A DNA stretch of 64,000 nt, from the NCBI GenBank assembly GCA_004431415.1, contig QPMI01000502.1, forward strand, positions 186,001-250,000, written 5' to 3'. Positions 43,001 to 56,190 of the stretch are shown one piece after another. This stretch comes from Cyanophora paradoxa CCMP329 (lineage: Eukaryota; Plantae; Glaucophyta). The position numbers and the translations under genes are program-made. The notes under the pieces are model-generated. The model searched no databases. It was given only the letters and a program-made list of their open reading frames with translations, and was not told the DNA's origin. Numbering within the stretch: position 1 is the first letter of the stretch; the number at the start of each line of letters is the position of its first letter.

Positions 43001-46000
43001 GGCGCCGGACGCGCTCGTACACGGGGCCCAGCGGCACCGGCGGCGCGCTCGCGAGGCTCGAGAGCGACGCCGCCGAGCGCGCGCTCCCCGGCGCCCCCTC
43101 CGCGATCGGCTCCAGCAGCATCCCGCCGGCCCCGCCCGCCGGCCCCCGCCCCGGCACCTCGAAGCGCGCCGACTTCGGCTGCACGGCCCGCGTCACGCGC
43201 GCGGGCAAGGGCAGGGCGGGACGAGGGGGACGGCGCGCCGCAGAGGGTCTGCGGCCGGCGGCGGCGGCGGCAGCGGCGCCAGCAGCCTCGTCCCCGGACG
43301 AAGGCGCGGCCGGCGCGCTGCAGGGCTGACGGTGAGGGGGCGGAGGCGCGGGCAAGGTTTTGGAGAAGCGGGCCTGGGGGCGGCCTCGGCGGCGTGCGGG
43401 TCGCGGTGCGTGATGCGCGCCGAGAAGTAGTGCTCGGCCCCGACCTGCGCGTCGCGGCTCAGCGCGGCGGGGCGCCGGTCGCGCGGAGGCGAGCTCGAGC
43501 CGCAAGGCCGCGCACGCGGAGGTGGGAGAGCTCGAGGGAGATGGGGAGCGGGGCGCCGCTCGAGTGGCGCCCCACGATGGCCCGGTTCTTGCCCACCACC
43601 TGCCCCACCCCGCTCGGGGCGGGCCGGGCTGGGGCGGGGGCGGGGCCGGGCCTTGGCGTTGCCGGTGGTGAGGTAGGCGTCGACGAAGGCCTGGTGCTGC
43701 TCCCCGAGGGCCGCGTCCATCAGCAGCTGCGCCCGCCCCGCCCCGCCCCGCCTCAGCCCCGAGCTCGAGCCCCCGGGCGGCGCGAGCGGTGGATCCGGAG
43801 GGGCGGACGTTGACGGAGCGGCCGGTGAGGGCCTCGGGGCCGCCGTAGCCGAAGATGCGGCAGAGGGCCCCGTTGCACGAGACGATCGTCCCCTTCGCGT
43901 CGCACTGCCGGCCCCACGTGAGCGCCGGCGGCGCGGGGGGCGGGGCGGGGCCGGGGCGGGGCGCGCGGTGACGAGGCCGTCGAGGTCGGAGAGCTTCGTC
44001 ATGCGCCCCACGAAGAGCGTCACCCCTGCCCACCGTCGACGTCGGGCCCGGCGGCCGCAGAGCGGGGCGGCGGGGCGGGGCGGGGCGGTGCGGACCGTCG
44101 GCGGCAAGGGAGTCGTCGCGGGCGACGTCCAACTGCACCGCGAAGCTCGACCTGCGCGTGGGCCCCCGGGCCCGCCCGTGGGCCCCCGCCCCGCGAGACG
44201 CCGGCCCCGCCCGCGTCGGCGCCGCGCCGCGCACCCGCTCTTGTGGAGGGCCTCCATCGTCCGCCCCCCGTCCCGATGATCCGGCTCTGAATTCAAAGAC
44301 CCGGACCATGAGGCGCGGGGCCGGGGGCGGGCGCGGTGCGGGCGCGCCTTGCTGGGGTCCTGCATGTAGCGGCGGAGGAACTCGTCGTGCTGCTCCGCGT
44401 ACTGCCGCGGCATCAGCGCCGACACGTCTGCCGCCCGGCGCGCGCGGGGAGGCGTCAGCGGGCGGCGCGGGCGGGGCCGGGGCCGGCCGCGGGGCGGGCG
44501 GGCACTCTTCCCGACGATCTGCGGGCGGGGCGGTCAGAGGGAGGCCGGTGGGGCGGGGCGGGCGGGGCGGGCGCGCGTCGCGCTGGAGGTGGCCGAACAT
44601 CTCCGCAAAGGGCCCCTTGAGGCTCTGCACCACCCCGCCCTGGTCGCTGCCCCCCCGCAGGCCCCCGCGCGTCAGACAGCTCCCCCGCGCAAGGCCGAGG
44701 GCGGGGCGGGGCCGGACATGGTGATCCAGACGTCGCGCTCCTCCTCCTCCTCGGCGCGGGCGACGCGGCCCACGAAGAGCGGCTGCCCGTCCACGTCCGT
44801 CCGCGACAAATTCAGCACCATCGGGAACGTCGAGCCTGCGCCCGGGTCCCCGCCTCAGGCCCCTCCCCGCAGAAGGGCTTCAGAGGCGTCGAAGTCGGGC
44901 CGCACCGTTGCGGTGCTGCGCCTCCACCCGCCGCTTCATGCCGATCACCTGCGACACCGCCGGCCCGGCCCGCCTCGCGCCCGGCCGGCCGGCGGGGCGG
45001 GGCCCAGCGGGGATGGGCGCCGCGCACCTTGGCGACGCCCGTGCGCAGGTAGTTCTCCATGTCTGCCGCCCGCACCGTGAGCGCCGCGGCGCGGAGCGGA
45101 GCGGGCGGGGGCGGGCTGGCAGAGCGCTGCGTACACTTGGCGTGGTACGTCGAGAAGGGCGCTTCGTTCGGGGTCGGGGCCGGCGCGTCAGGCCCGCCGC
45201 GCGCACGAGGAGGCGGAGGGCGAGGAGGCCGAAGAGGCCGGCGCACCCGGCATGAGCGTCTCGATGCGGGAGTTGACCATGTCCCGCGGCGTGTAGCTGC
45301 AGGCGCCGCCCCTCGGCCGGCGGTGCGAGGCGGGGAGGGAGGGAGGGATCCCCCGGAGCGGGGCGGGGGCGGGGCGGGGGGAGGCGGACCCCCACATGTC
45401 GGCTGCGATGCGGTTGACGGCCCGAATGATGCCCCGCGCGTCGATCGTCACCACCCCTGCCCCCGGGCGCCGGCCCCGCCTCAGCGCCGGCCCGGGTCGC
45501 GGGGCGGGGGGCGCGGGGCGGCGCGCGCCCTCGCTCTCCTCCACGCGCTTGAGCGTGATGGCCATCACCTGCCGCGCGACTCTCGCACGGGCGGCCGCCG
45601 GCGCCGGCGCCGGGCGGGCGGGGCGGGGCGGGCGGGGCGGGCCGTCTTGTCGCCCTCAAACATGCGGGCGACGCGGGCGAGGACGGGGAAGACGGAGCCG
45701 TCCGCCGCCAGCGCCTCCACCTCCGCCTGCCCCGCCTCGTCCATCTTCCTGCGCCCCCCAAGGCCCGCTCGGCCCCCCGCGCGAGGCCGGGGCACGGCGG
45801 GGCGCACTGCAGGTAGGCGCCGGCCTTGGCGGCCTGGAGGCCGACCCCCGCGAGGTTGCCCTTGTTAAGCGCGGGGCGGTTCGAGGAGAGGCCGCCCCGC
45901 GCCGTCCTTTGCGCCCCGCCCCGCCCGTCAGCCGCGCCCGGCTTCGGGCGGGGGCGGGCGGACGGGGTGCCGGCGTCGAGGGCGGCGCTGCGGGCGGGGT

Positions 46001-49000
46001 CGGCGACGAAGAGGCCCCAGTGCCGCGGCGCCGTCAGCTCCTGCCGGCCGCGGCGTGAGCGTCAGGGTGTGCCTGCGGAGGCGGGGCGGGGGCCCCCGGG
46101 CGAACCTTGACGTTTTTGCGCTTCATTTCGTCGACGGAGCACTCGAAGAGAGCCGCCATGGCGCGGTTGCAGCCGGTGATGCGCCCTGTCACGCTCGCCA
46201 GGCACATGGGCACCGAGTCGTCCATCCGCCGGATCGACCCCACGAAGGTCGGCTGCGCACGCGCGGCCGCCGTCAGCGCCGGCGGCGAGCGTTCGCCGGG
46301 CACGGAGGGGCGCGCGCCTCGCCGTTGATGTCGATGCGGGTCACGTAGAGGCGAACGTTCAGCAAGTGGCCCTCCCTGCCCGCCCCGGCCCGCTTCAGCT
46401 GCAGCTCAGCGACTAGGGGCTGAAGGGGGGAGGGCGCGCCGGTGCAATCCGGGGATCTCGCGTGGAATATTGACGACCTGTTGATGCGAAAAAGCGATTG
46501 GGATGCGGAGAAGCAGAGCGGGGCGCTTGGAGGAGGAGCCCGGGGGCGAGGGGGGGCACCTTGGCGACGCCGGTGCGGAGGTAGGCCTGGACGTAGGACG
46601 TGTGGTCCTGCTGGAAGGGCGGCGGGACAATGAGGTGGATGCGCTTGCCCACCAGCTCAGCCTTCTTGTACCCCAGCAGCCGGCACGCGTTCGCGTTCGC
46701 GCTCGTGATCACCTGCCGCGCCCCGCCCCGCCCTCGGCCCGCGCCCCGCGCCCCGCGGGAGCACGCGAGGGCTCGGCAGCGGGGAGGACCTCCTGCGCGT
46801 TGATCACCACCACGCTGTCGACGCTGCGAGCGGGGTCAGGGGCGGCGGCGGGGTGGGGGACTGGGGGCGAAGGCGGCGCCTGTTGTCCATGCGGCTGGCG
46901 GCCTCGTCGCCGGCGGTGTCGGCGTCGCGCGCCTTCTTGCTCTGCTCCTCCTCCTCCGCGTCCGCCCGCCGGTAGAGCTCCTCCGCTGCCGCCGCGTCGT
47001 TCTTTACGCTCTCCACGAACGCCCTGCGCACGCCCGCCCGTCACCCCGCGCCGCGCGCGGCCTGTCGCGAGTGAGCTGGGGCGGGGGCACCCGTAGGCGC
47101 GGAGGAGGCGGACGTTGCGGGAGTACTTCTCGACCAGCGCCACGTAGTTCCTGCCCCCCGCCTCCCCGCTCGCCGCCGGCGCGGGGCGCCGGCCGGGCCG
47201 AGCGCGGGCGCGGGGGCGGGGGCGGGGGCACCGCTCGGCCTGGGTCTCGTACGAGTCGACGAGGCGCGTGAGGTCGGAGATCCGCGCCAGCGCCTGCGCG
47301 CGCCGCACGCTCGCGCTCCGGCGGGGCGGGGCGGGGCGGGGCGGGGCGGGGCGCGCCGTGGCGTCCTCCTCGAGGAGGGCGCTCCAGAAGACCTGCGGGG
47401 GCGGCCCCCGGCCCTCAGCGCGGGGCCGGCGGGGGCGGGGCCGGGGCCGGGGGCGCCTTGGTGGCCTTGAGGGCCTTGAAGTGGCCCTCCTTCGCCAGCC
47501 GGAACTTCTTCTGGAACTGCCCCCGCCCCGCCCCGTCGCCGTCTGGCCCTCGAGGCCGAGCGGGAGGGGAGGGGGCGGGCGGGCGCGCCTCGACGAAGGA
47601 GACGAGGTCCATGGCGCCGTCCCCGCCGGAGCCCGTCTGGCCCGCCTCGCGCTCCCGGTCCTTGCGGAAGACGGCGAAGCGCAGCTGGAAGTCCAGCGGC
47701 AGGTGCCGCGCCCGGTCCACGTACGTCCCCTGCGCAGCACCGCCCCTCAGCCCGCCGGCCGCGGCCCCGCCGGCGCGCGCCCGAGCCCAGGGCGCGCCTC
47801 GAGCTGGGCGTTGCCGCCGTACGTGCGGAGGAAGTTGGCGTCTGCGGGCCGGGGGGTGAGGACCCGGCGGCGGCGAGCGGGTCGGGGCCGGGGCGCACAG
47901 GCGATGTAGACGGTGGCGCTCTTCGCGAAGCGCCGCACGCCCTCCTGCGCGGGGCGAGGCCGGCGGTGAGCGCGGCCCCGCGAGCGGCCGGGGGCGCGGC
48001 GCGCCTGGAAGATGGCGTCGGCCTTGGCCGTCGCCTCCTCCAGCGCCGCCTGGTCGTCCGCCTGCGGCGCGGTCAGGGGCGGGCGGGGGCGGCGGGGCGG
48101 GCGGGGCGGGGGCGGCGCCTGCTGGCTGGTGTCCTCGCCGGCGAGGCGCATCGCGTGGGGCCGCACGAAGCGCGTCGCGATCTCGACCTGCGCCGCGTCA
48201 GCTGCCGGGGCGGCGCTCCTGGGCGGCGGGGGCGCCTCGTGGGGCCAGCGGAAGCGGCCCTTGAAGGAGTAGCCGCCGGCGTCCTCGGGGACGAGGAGGC
48301 GCGGGTCGCAGAGGGCCCGGAAGCGGCGGCGGGCGAGCAGCCAGGCGAGGGCGAAGGCGGGCGCCGCCCCCGCCAGGAAGACCAGCGTGATCGTCCTCGG
48401 GTGCTGCCGCCCCCGCCTCGCCCTCGCCCCCCGCCGAGGCGCGCGCGGGGCGGGGCGCGGGGCGCGGGAGGGGGGACCTGGGCGGCGACGGCGAGGGCGA
48501 AGGCGCAGGCCGCGCACCACGCGACGAGGGCGTAGAGCCCCGCGCGCTGCGCGGCCGCTCGAGGGGCGCGGGGGGCGACGGCGGGGGGCGGGCGGGCGGG
48601 GGCACCAGCTCGTTCATGTGGTGCTGGTAGTGGGGGAGGTAGAGGAGGGTGATCCCCATCAGGTACCCCGCGATGGCGAGCACCGAGAGCGCCAGCAGCG
48701 CTGCGCGGCGCCGCGTGGTGAGGGGCGCCGGGCGGGGCGGGGCGGGACGGGCTGGGGCGGGCCGGGGAAGTTGGAGAAGAGGACGGCAACGAGGACGAGG
48801 AGGGCGCGGCAGGCGGCGCCGGCCACGGTCGCGTCCGACGTCGCCGTCGCCAGCAGCGCCCCCGTCGACGGGTCCGGCTCCTGGCCCCGCCGGCCACGCC
48901 GCGCGTGAGGCGGGGGGCGGGGGCGGTGGGGCGGGGCGGGCGGACGACGTCGACGAGGGCGAGGGAGAGGGCGATGACGAGGACCTGCGGCGCTCGTGAC

Positions 49001-50272
49001 GAGGCTGCGGCGCTGAGGGGCCGCGCCGGGACGAACCGCGAGGGAGGCGAGCACGGCGATGGTCGAGACGATGGCGTTGGGGAAGCCCCAGCACGCAACC
49101 TGCCGCACGGCGGCGTCTGAGGGAGGGTGCCGCGGCGGGGTGGGGGGCGGGGCGCGGGTGCCTCGGGGTACTGGGTGAGGGTGAAGCGGGAGGAGAGGCC
49201 GGAGGGGTCGAAGTAGTGGCAGTCGAGGGCCATTAGGAGGACGCCGAGCGAGGAGAGGTAGAGGGCTGCCGCCCCGTCGCCCCCCGCGGCGCAGGCGGCG
49301 CTGCGCTGCGCGCGGCGGGCGCGCACAGTTGAAGAAGACGGAGACGACGAGCTTGAGGGCCTTGATGGGCCAGAGCTGCGTGAACTGCGCGGGGGGCGGC
49401 GAGTCGCGGGGGCCGCGCGGAGCCGGGGCGGGGGCGGGGACCTGGTTGAGGCGGAAGGACTGGAGGACCCAGAGGGCGTCGGCGAGGGAGCCCACGACCA
49501 GCGCCACCACCACCGAGTACAGGATCACGTAGCCCGAGTACCTGGGGGGGGGGGGAAGGTGGTCAGCGGGGTAGGGGGAGGGGGGCGGGGAGGGGGGTGT
49601 GCAGGCGGCGGGGCGCGGACCCGGCGGAGTTGAGGAAGTGGCGGGGAACGCTGCGGGACAAGTGGGGGCGTGAGGCGGGGCGGGGCGGGGCGGGCGGGGC
49701 GGCGGGGGGCGGCGGGGGCGGCGGGGGCGCGCATGGCGAAGAGGACATCGAGGCTGCGCTCGACGAGCTCGAGCTGCACCCAGTTGAAGCGCGACGAGTC
49801 CGCCACTGCGCCCCGCCCCCGCCCCTCGCCCCAGCTCCAGCGCCCCGCGCCCGGCAGGCCGCGGGGGGGCGCGGGCGGGGGCTGCGCACCGAAGGCCAGC
49901 ATCTGGAGCCAGTCGATGAGCACGTTCACCACGTCCAGCACGCGCCGCCGGCTCCGCTTCTCCCCGCCCCGGCTCCGCATCACGAACAGCACCGCGAAGA
50001 AGCTGCGCCGGCAGAGGCGCGCGCGCGGCTCGTTAACCGTCGGGGGCCAACCGCGCCGGGCAGCTGCAGCCGCAGCTGCAGCGCACGAAGCGGCCGCGGC
50101 GCGGCGCGGCGCGGCAGGCGGCCGCACCTGTCTTCGATGGACTGCCGAGTACCGGACGAGACGGCCCCCCGGTGCCGCGGGCTCGTCCCGCCCGCGGAAA
50201 ACTGCGAGCGTGTGAAGGCGTGTGTGACCTAGATCCGGCTCGCTCGCATGCGCACCTTACTGCTCCCGACAT
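40012..50272 (-). CDS. Multi-pass membrane protein with five tandem PAS domains (TmcB-like / FixL-like algal family); 3' end abuts the DIRS element and is probably truncated
   Basis: N-terminal hydrophobic helices (FFAVLFVM, VLIDWLQMLAF, WPIKALKLVVSVFF, LLMALDC, YLPHY) and a helical region (FWSALL, LLRAY, AEELY). PAS repeats at about 46820-43410 (IVPPPFQQDHTSYVQAYLRTG; LMP..FSTYHAKYMENYLRTG; LMPRQYAEQHDEFLRRY; LMDAALGEQHQAFVDAYLTTG). Further TM pairs at about 42450, 41380 and 40190. Confidence 0.85.
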
Positions 50273-51589
50273 TCGCGCTGCTTGCCACCGACTGAGAATC
50301 GCCCACTATCGGTCGCACCGGCATAGCTGCAGCTGAAAGGTCGCGGATGGTTCCAATCTTACCCTAACCCAGTTGCAAGTTGCAGGCAGGCTGACTCGTT
50401 GCCAGCAGGCTTATCGCCTCCGTAGGTAGCCAATTGCAGCTAGCTCCTGCGTTGTCCGCAGCTAGCCTGCTGAATGCGCAGTCGGTGCGCCCTCTCCAGA
50501 AGCCGGCGCCGGCGCGCTTCCACAAGAGGCGCTGCGCATGCAAAGGGTGGATCTTTGTGGGCAGTGTGCCCTTTCTATCGAGCCAGCTGTAACCGTCCGT
50601 ATAACTGACTGCGACGAGCGGCCTGCGAGACTGAGAGCAACCTATCCGACGCGCGTTCAGCTGTGCTTGCGCGCATGCACTCTAACGTTGCCTAAAACAG
50701 GTTTTCAGCGGTCCAGCGGCTCAGCTGCGGGCCCCGCATGACATGCGCTCAAGTCGCTGGCATGGGTCACCGGGTACCGAACGATTCTTGAGGAGGGGGG
50801 GGGGGGGGGGGGCGGGAGCCTGCGCCGGCCGGAGCGCCTGGCGATATGAAGCGCCAGCGCTAGCGCTAGCGCTAGCTTTAGTATCTATTAGGAATTTGAA
50901 GCCTCTCGCACGCACGCGATCATGATATATAACGATCAGCGCTAGCTCAGCAGCTGTTTACGTATACGTATATACGTAGCCGCCGGCGCGGCGCGCGCCG
51001 CGGCGCGCGGCTGCGCTGCGAACGGATGCTGTACGCGTGCAGCTGGCGAGCCTAGGATCGAAGATGCGCGGATCCGGATGCGCATACGTATACGCGCAGT
51101 GACGCCCACGAAGGAATTGGCCTCGTTAAAAACACTAATATTAATGTGACAACGTCTAAAGAAAGTACTGTGCGAAACTCAGGCGCTGCGCGGGCTGTAT
51201 ATACGTGCATGTGAAAGAAGAGCGACTCTTGGAGCTCGAGGGCGCAGTCGTCGCGAGCTCCCCCAGCTGAAGAATCGCTACTGGGCTATCTTGCTCCTGG
51301 GCTAGTTCGAAGCGTATTACATGGGGTCACTGAGTCCAGCGGGCGTCACGATCGAGCGTCTGGCAAACGCGGCACGACGGCTAGACGGGTCGATGAATTC
51401 TGACTAACGAGCAGCGAAAACTACCGATCATGAATCCAAAGGAATGCGAGCGCTCAACATGATTCGACTCACGGGGAAGTTGAAAGGAAGTATGGCGGAT
51501 GCGATACAGAGAAAACGGCGCGGCGAGCGCGACGCGGAACACTAAGCGAGGGAATCGACTGCGAGAGAGGAGGCGGCGGTGGAGGCGGG

Positions 51590-53404
51590 CTACTGCTGGC
51601 CGGCGCCGTGCTCGGGGGGCCACGAGGGGAAGGCGGGGGAGGCGTCGGGGAGGGAGGCGGGGGGGAAGCGCCAGGGGGCGGGCGGGGCGCAGAAGGGGTG
51701 CTGGGGCAGCGGGGCGAGGGGCTGGAGGGCGCCGAGGGCGAGGGGCGCCTCGAACCCGAAGCCGGCGCCCATGGGGGAGAGAGCCGAGGGGGGCAGGCCG
51801 TACACGCCCGCCCCGAAGGCGTCCTCCATGGCGAGGAAGCCCGCCGCGCCGCCCGAGGCGCGGCGGGCCGAGAGGTCGAGGCCCTGCAGCGCCGGCGTGG
51901 GGGGCGGCGCCGCGATCGAGGCGCACCGGCTGGGGAGCGACATGCGCCCGAAGGCGGCGGTGGCGGCGGCAGCGGCGGCGGCCGAGTGGACGGAAGAGGC
52001 GGAGGAGGCGTGGCGGCTGCTGGGGGCCGAGGAGAGGGGCGTCGAGGCCCCCGAGCACGAGGCTATCGACGAGGCCGAGGCCGGCGCCAGCAGCGGGCCC
52101 CCCAACGGCCACCCGCTGCCCGCCCCCACGGGGATCAGCGCGTACGCCGGCCCCGCCTCGCCGTCGAAGCCGAACGCGGCCGGGCCGCCGGCGTGCGCGT
52201 GGCGGGTCTCGTAGTCGGGGATGGCGTGGCGGCCGGGGGGCACGGGGTCGTCGGGGATGCCCTCCCACGGCTCCCCCTTGAGGGGCGCCAGGCCATGCAC
52301 GTCCATGGACATCGCGCGCCCGCGCCCCGCCCCGGCGACCGCCGCCGCCGCCGCCTCCTCCGAGGTCCCCGCCCACGACATCCGCCGCCGCTTCATCGAG
52401 ATCTCTGCGCGCCGCCCGGTCGGACCCCGCCCCGGGGGGCCGGCGTGCCGGCGGGGTGCGCACCCATCGGGACGGTCTGCGGGCTGAGGCCCGAGGGGCC
52501 CGGCGAGGTCGCCCCCGGGGGCGTCCCGGGGGAGGCCTCGGGGTCCGAGGGGGACCCCGAGGGGGAGCTCTCCCCGCCCGAACCCTCGGGCCGCGGCCGG
52601 CCCTTGGCCGCCTCGGGCCAGGGCGAGGCCGAGCCGTTCGGGGGCCGGCCCCGCCGCTCCTTCTTCCGCCGCTGCTCGTGCGTGACGTTCCCTGCGGGGG
52701 CGTCAGCGCCCGGCGCCGGGGCCGGGGCGGGGCGGGCGGCGCGCATTTGAAGTCCGGGTGGCGCTCGAGGAACTCGGTGCGGACGGCCCTGGCCAGCTCC
52801 TCGTACCGCCCCTTCGTCTCCTTGCCCAGCGACCGCCACTGCCGCTCCCGCGCGTCACGCCCCGCCCCGCCCGCGCCCGCCCCGCGCCGCGGCCGGGCCG
52901 CACCTTCTCCCCTAGGAGCCGGGAGATCTGTGCGTTGTTCAGCTCCTTGTTCTCCTGCGCGCGGGGGCGTGAGACAGGGGCCGGGCCGGGCGCGCATGGT
53001 CGGGGCACCTCCTGCAGGATCTTGCGAAACTGGTTGGAGAAGATGAGGAACGAGTTCACGGGGCGCGGCTGCGCGTGGCGAGCACTCAGCGCCGGCTGCC
53101 CATCAGAGCGCCGCAGGCGCCGCGAGCGCACTGGCTGCTTGAGTGGGCCCTTCGAGTCGGGGACTTCCGCGCTGGAGACGGCGATGTAGGGGGCCGGGGG
53201 CGCGCCGGGGACCCCGTACGGCTGCCCGAAGGCGCCGGCCGGGGCGGCTGCGTTGAGCGGGAAAGCGGCGGGTCCCTGCCAGACGGCGTAGCCATGCTGG
53301 TGCGGTGGATGCGCGGGGGCGTCGGGCTCGTCGCGCGCGGCGTCGGGGCGCTCCCCGCGGGGCCTCCCGGGGCGCTCGTCGCTGAAGCGCGGGTCGGGGT
53401 CCAT
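51590..53404 (-). CDS. HMG-box transcription factor (SOX/TCF/MATA-type box), multi-exon
   Basis: Spliced: PRPVNSFLIFSNQFRKILQE-ENKELNNAQISRLLGEK-WRSLGKETKGRYEELARAVRTEFLERHPDFK, then a basic stretch (RRKKERR) and an Ala/Ser/Pro-rich tail. Confidence 0.9.
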
Positions 53405-53910
53405 GTCCAGCTCCGTCGCCTCGTCGTCGAAGGCGAACGCCGCGCCACCGAGGTGAAGGACCGCGGTCGCCGTTTTGAGAGCGGTGCTCGAAAGCGGAGG
53501 GGAGCGCCCTCCGGGATGCAGCGCGCGTTGCCTGTGCTTGACGTGTCTGCCTTCCGGCCGGACAGCGCGTCTGCCGTACGCGCGCTCACGCGGCCCGCAG
53601 CCGGACGAAGCGGCAGCGACGATCTGGAATCCACGAGCTCGTGAGCCCTTGGCCTCACACGTCTACAGGCAGATGGCTTGCCGGCGCAGCTGCTGGAAAG
53701 TCGACGAGTTCTGGATGCTTCAGAAGCTGACAGGCTTCGGAAGGATGATCAGACAACGCGCGGTCGGCCGTCGGCTGATGGAGGAGCTCGAGGCGACGTT
53801 ACTACGGTTACGGAGGCGTCGAGTCTGTCGGCTACCAGCCTGGTAGCCTGCAGGGTTCTGCTTCCTCTAGCCTGGCTCTAGCTGTAGCCTATGGACTTTC
53901 CTATGTAGAC

Positions 53911-54414
53911 CAGTGATGGCATTTTTTCTAGAAACTTTTCTAAAAACAATTTCGAAATCAATTTCGAAATTGTTTCCGAAAAGGTCCCGAGAGACCCCCT
54001 AATTAGGAATTGTTTCTATTTAAGGGGGGGTACCCTCGTTTTGCCACATTCTGCGCGAAACACGGCGAAACAACGCATTAGAATGATAGAAAACGTGAAA
54101 GAAAGCTTAAATAACACGATAGGAGTCTATCTGAGATGTCTAGATCCGGAACTCAGCCGCCAACATGGCTGACAGGGGGTACGAGTAGTGAATTTCCCTT
54201 TTGGAATGTCGCATGTTCTGATGATCTAGAAGACACAAACTGGACAGTTTTCATTAAGGAAAGCATCAGAAGGTTAAAGGGAGCGTCAGGCATTAGCAGA
54301 AGGGCCCTCGCGAGGGGCCCCTGATTTCGGAAATATTTCGGAGATATTTCCGAAATATTTCCGAAATGTTTCCGAAATGGTCGTTTTTTGGAGAAATTCG
54401 GAATACCATGACTG
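53911..54414. mobile_element. Non-autonomous hAT-type element (MITE), 504 bp
   Basis: Perfect 8-bp TSD ATGTAGAC (53903-53910 and 54415-54422). Imperfect TIR CAGTGATGGCATT / AATACCATGACTG. Subterminal TTTC(C)GAAA repeats at both ends. Confidence 0.9.
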
Positions 54415-54514
54415 ATGTAGACCCAGACAAAGCTTTACTAAGTTAACTTGTAACTTAGTAACGTAAGTTGTAACCTGTAAGCGAGTACGCCGAGTACTAG
54501 GGTTTACGCGGGCG

Positions 54515-54763
54515 GTGACACTTAATTAATGCGCCAGTAATTAATGCGTTTTTGGACCCAGACCCCTATATGCATATTAATGCGGCACCGAATTAATGCG
54601 TTTTGCAGCTTTTTGCCTGCGGTTGGGGGGTACATTACCGTACATACAGCAGTTTCTATAGCGTTTCGATATTAATGCGGTCCCAAATTAATGCGTTTTG
54701 CCAGTGGAAAACGCATTAATTTGGGACCGCATTACTTAAGTGCGCGCATTACTTAAGTGTTAC
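54515..54763. mobile_element. Small foldback/MITE-like element with ATTAATGCG repeats
   Basis: 20-bp TIR GTGACACTTAATTAATGCGC / GCGCATTACTTAAGTGTTAC (2 mismatches). Internal ATTAATGCG copies occur in both orientations. No clear TSD. Confidence 0.7.
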
Positions 54764-56190
54764 ACGGTAGCTGCAGCCTGCAGACTCTGCCGATCACTGA
54801 TGAGACTCATGCCATGATGAGAGCGCGCCGGCATGGGCCGGCGTGGCACCGTTTCAAAGTGTTTGCCGCCGCCGGCGTACGGTCAGTGGCGCAGTGGGTC
54901 ACCGGCCCGAAACCGGGTACTAGGGTTAGTAGGGTAGCGAGCCTCGGAGTCGTAGGCTCGTAGCGAGTCGCGCGAGGCCGGCCGGCGCTCTCGCCGAGTC
55001 GAGTCGACTCGCCGAGTCCGACGGTCGACTCGGCGATCGCGAGCCTGCGGCTCGCCGCTCCAGGCTCGCGCGCGCGCGCGCGCGGGGCCGATCGCTGCGA
55101 ATGTGCGACGCTGCATGTATGCGCAGCGGTAACGTTAACGTTATGAAAATGGCGAGTAACTTAAGCTTAGTAACTTACTAAGTTAAGTAACAGAGCGATT
55201 CAAAATGACGCAGTCTCGGAGGGTAAAGGGCCAATGCGCCTGCGACATCTGGCTTGATCTCCGCCGTTCGTCTTGGATGATTGTAACTAGAAGGTTTCGA
55301 CTCTAACTTTCGAGTCTTTCCTACTCTTTCGACTTGAACCTACAGGTGTCAAAAAAGTTTAATGGCTATAGACGAAATAGGTGAATGCTATTCCAGTGAT
55401 AATTGTTTTAACAGAGAACTCTTGCGACGTCGACCGAACCGAACGGGTGCCGCACGTGCATGCGCATACGGGTGCGCCCGCGGACTCCGGGATCCGGCCC
55501 GCGGCCTGGCGCGGCAGTCAGTGCTGTCATTATACCGTGTGACACTCCATTATGACGGTCAAATTTATGTCGTTATAAAACAAGCCCACACTCACGTGTG
55601 GTAAGCCCTGCCAATGCATGCCTGCTCCCTCATGATCAGCCTCCCTGGGACGCTGTCTCAGAGAGTCTGTCTTAGCGTGAATGAGGCTTAGTGGGCTGCG
55701 CTCGGTAGGCGTAGACCTGGCCCTGCACCGTACTACGGTAGGCTGCACGCCGCTCCGGATCCGCCGCCTCCGTGCCTAGGCCTGCGGGTCCGCCCCAGGC
55801 CCCGCCCGAGGAGGGGGTAGACAGGCCGGTAACTAGAGAGTTCTATAGCGCCAGAAGTATATGATATGCATGTGCCTTGTGTCTACGCATAGCGGGGCGA
55901 CGGGGGCACCTCAGAAGCAATGAATGTGGTCTCGTGCATGTGAAATGGCCGCAGCGCACGCTCAGGGACGCGGCCGTGCAAGTCGCGTTCTGCATATAGA
56001 TGTAGCTAGCATGGGGCGGGCGGCACTGCACGCAGGGGTGGCGCACGTCGATTCTGTGCGGCCCCAGGGACGGCGCAAGGTCTATACGCATCGTGGTGCA
56101 TGCCAGTGCAGGCGCGAATTCCGAAGCAGGACGAGTGCGCGTCGGTTCGGTACCGTAGTACGTACCCCCCACTCTAATAGCTGCAAGAGC

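Noticed and set aside
7423-53404. Hundreds of long Arg/Gly/Pro/Ala ORFs on both strands (e.g. 19346-22762+, 9119-11170+, 41241-43430+)
   Set aside because: They are stop-poor shadow frames caused by extreme GC content and read-through of introns; the real products emerge only after splicing on the minus strand.
7423-53404. Co-oriented light, redox and gas-sensing genes as a functional cluster or operon
   Set aside because: Five genes on one strand is not improbable, they are separated by kilobases of repeats, and there is no evidence of co-regulation.
55188-55416. 8-bp direct repeat TAACAGAG flanking ~210 bp as a TSD
   Set aside because: There are no terminal inverted repeats inside it, so it may be a chance match.
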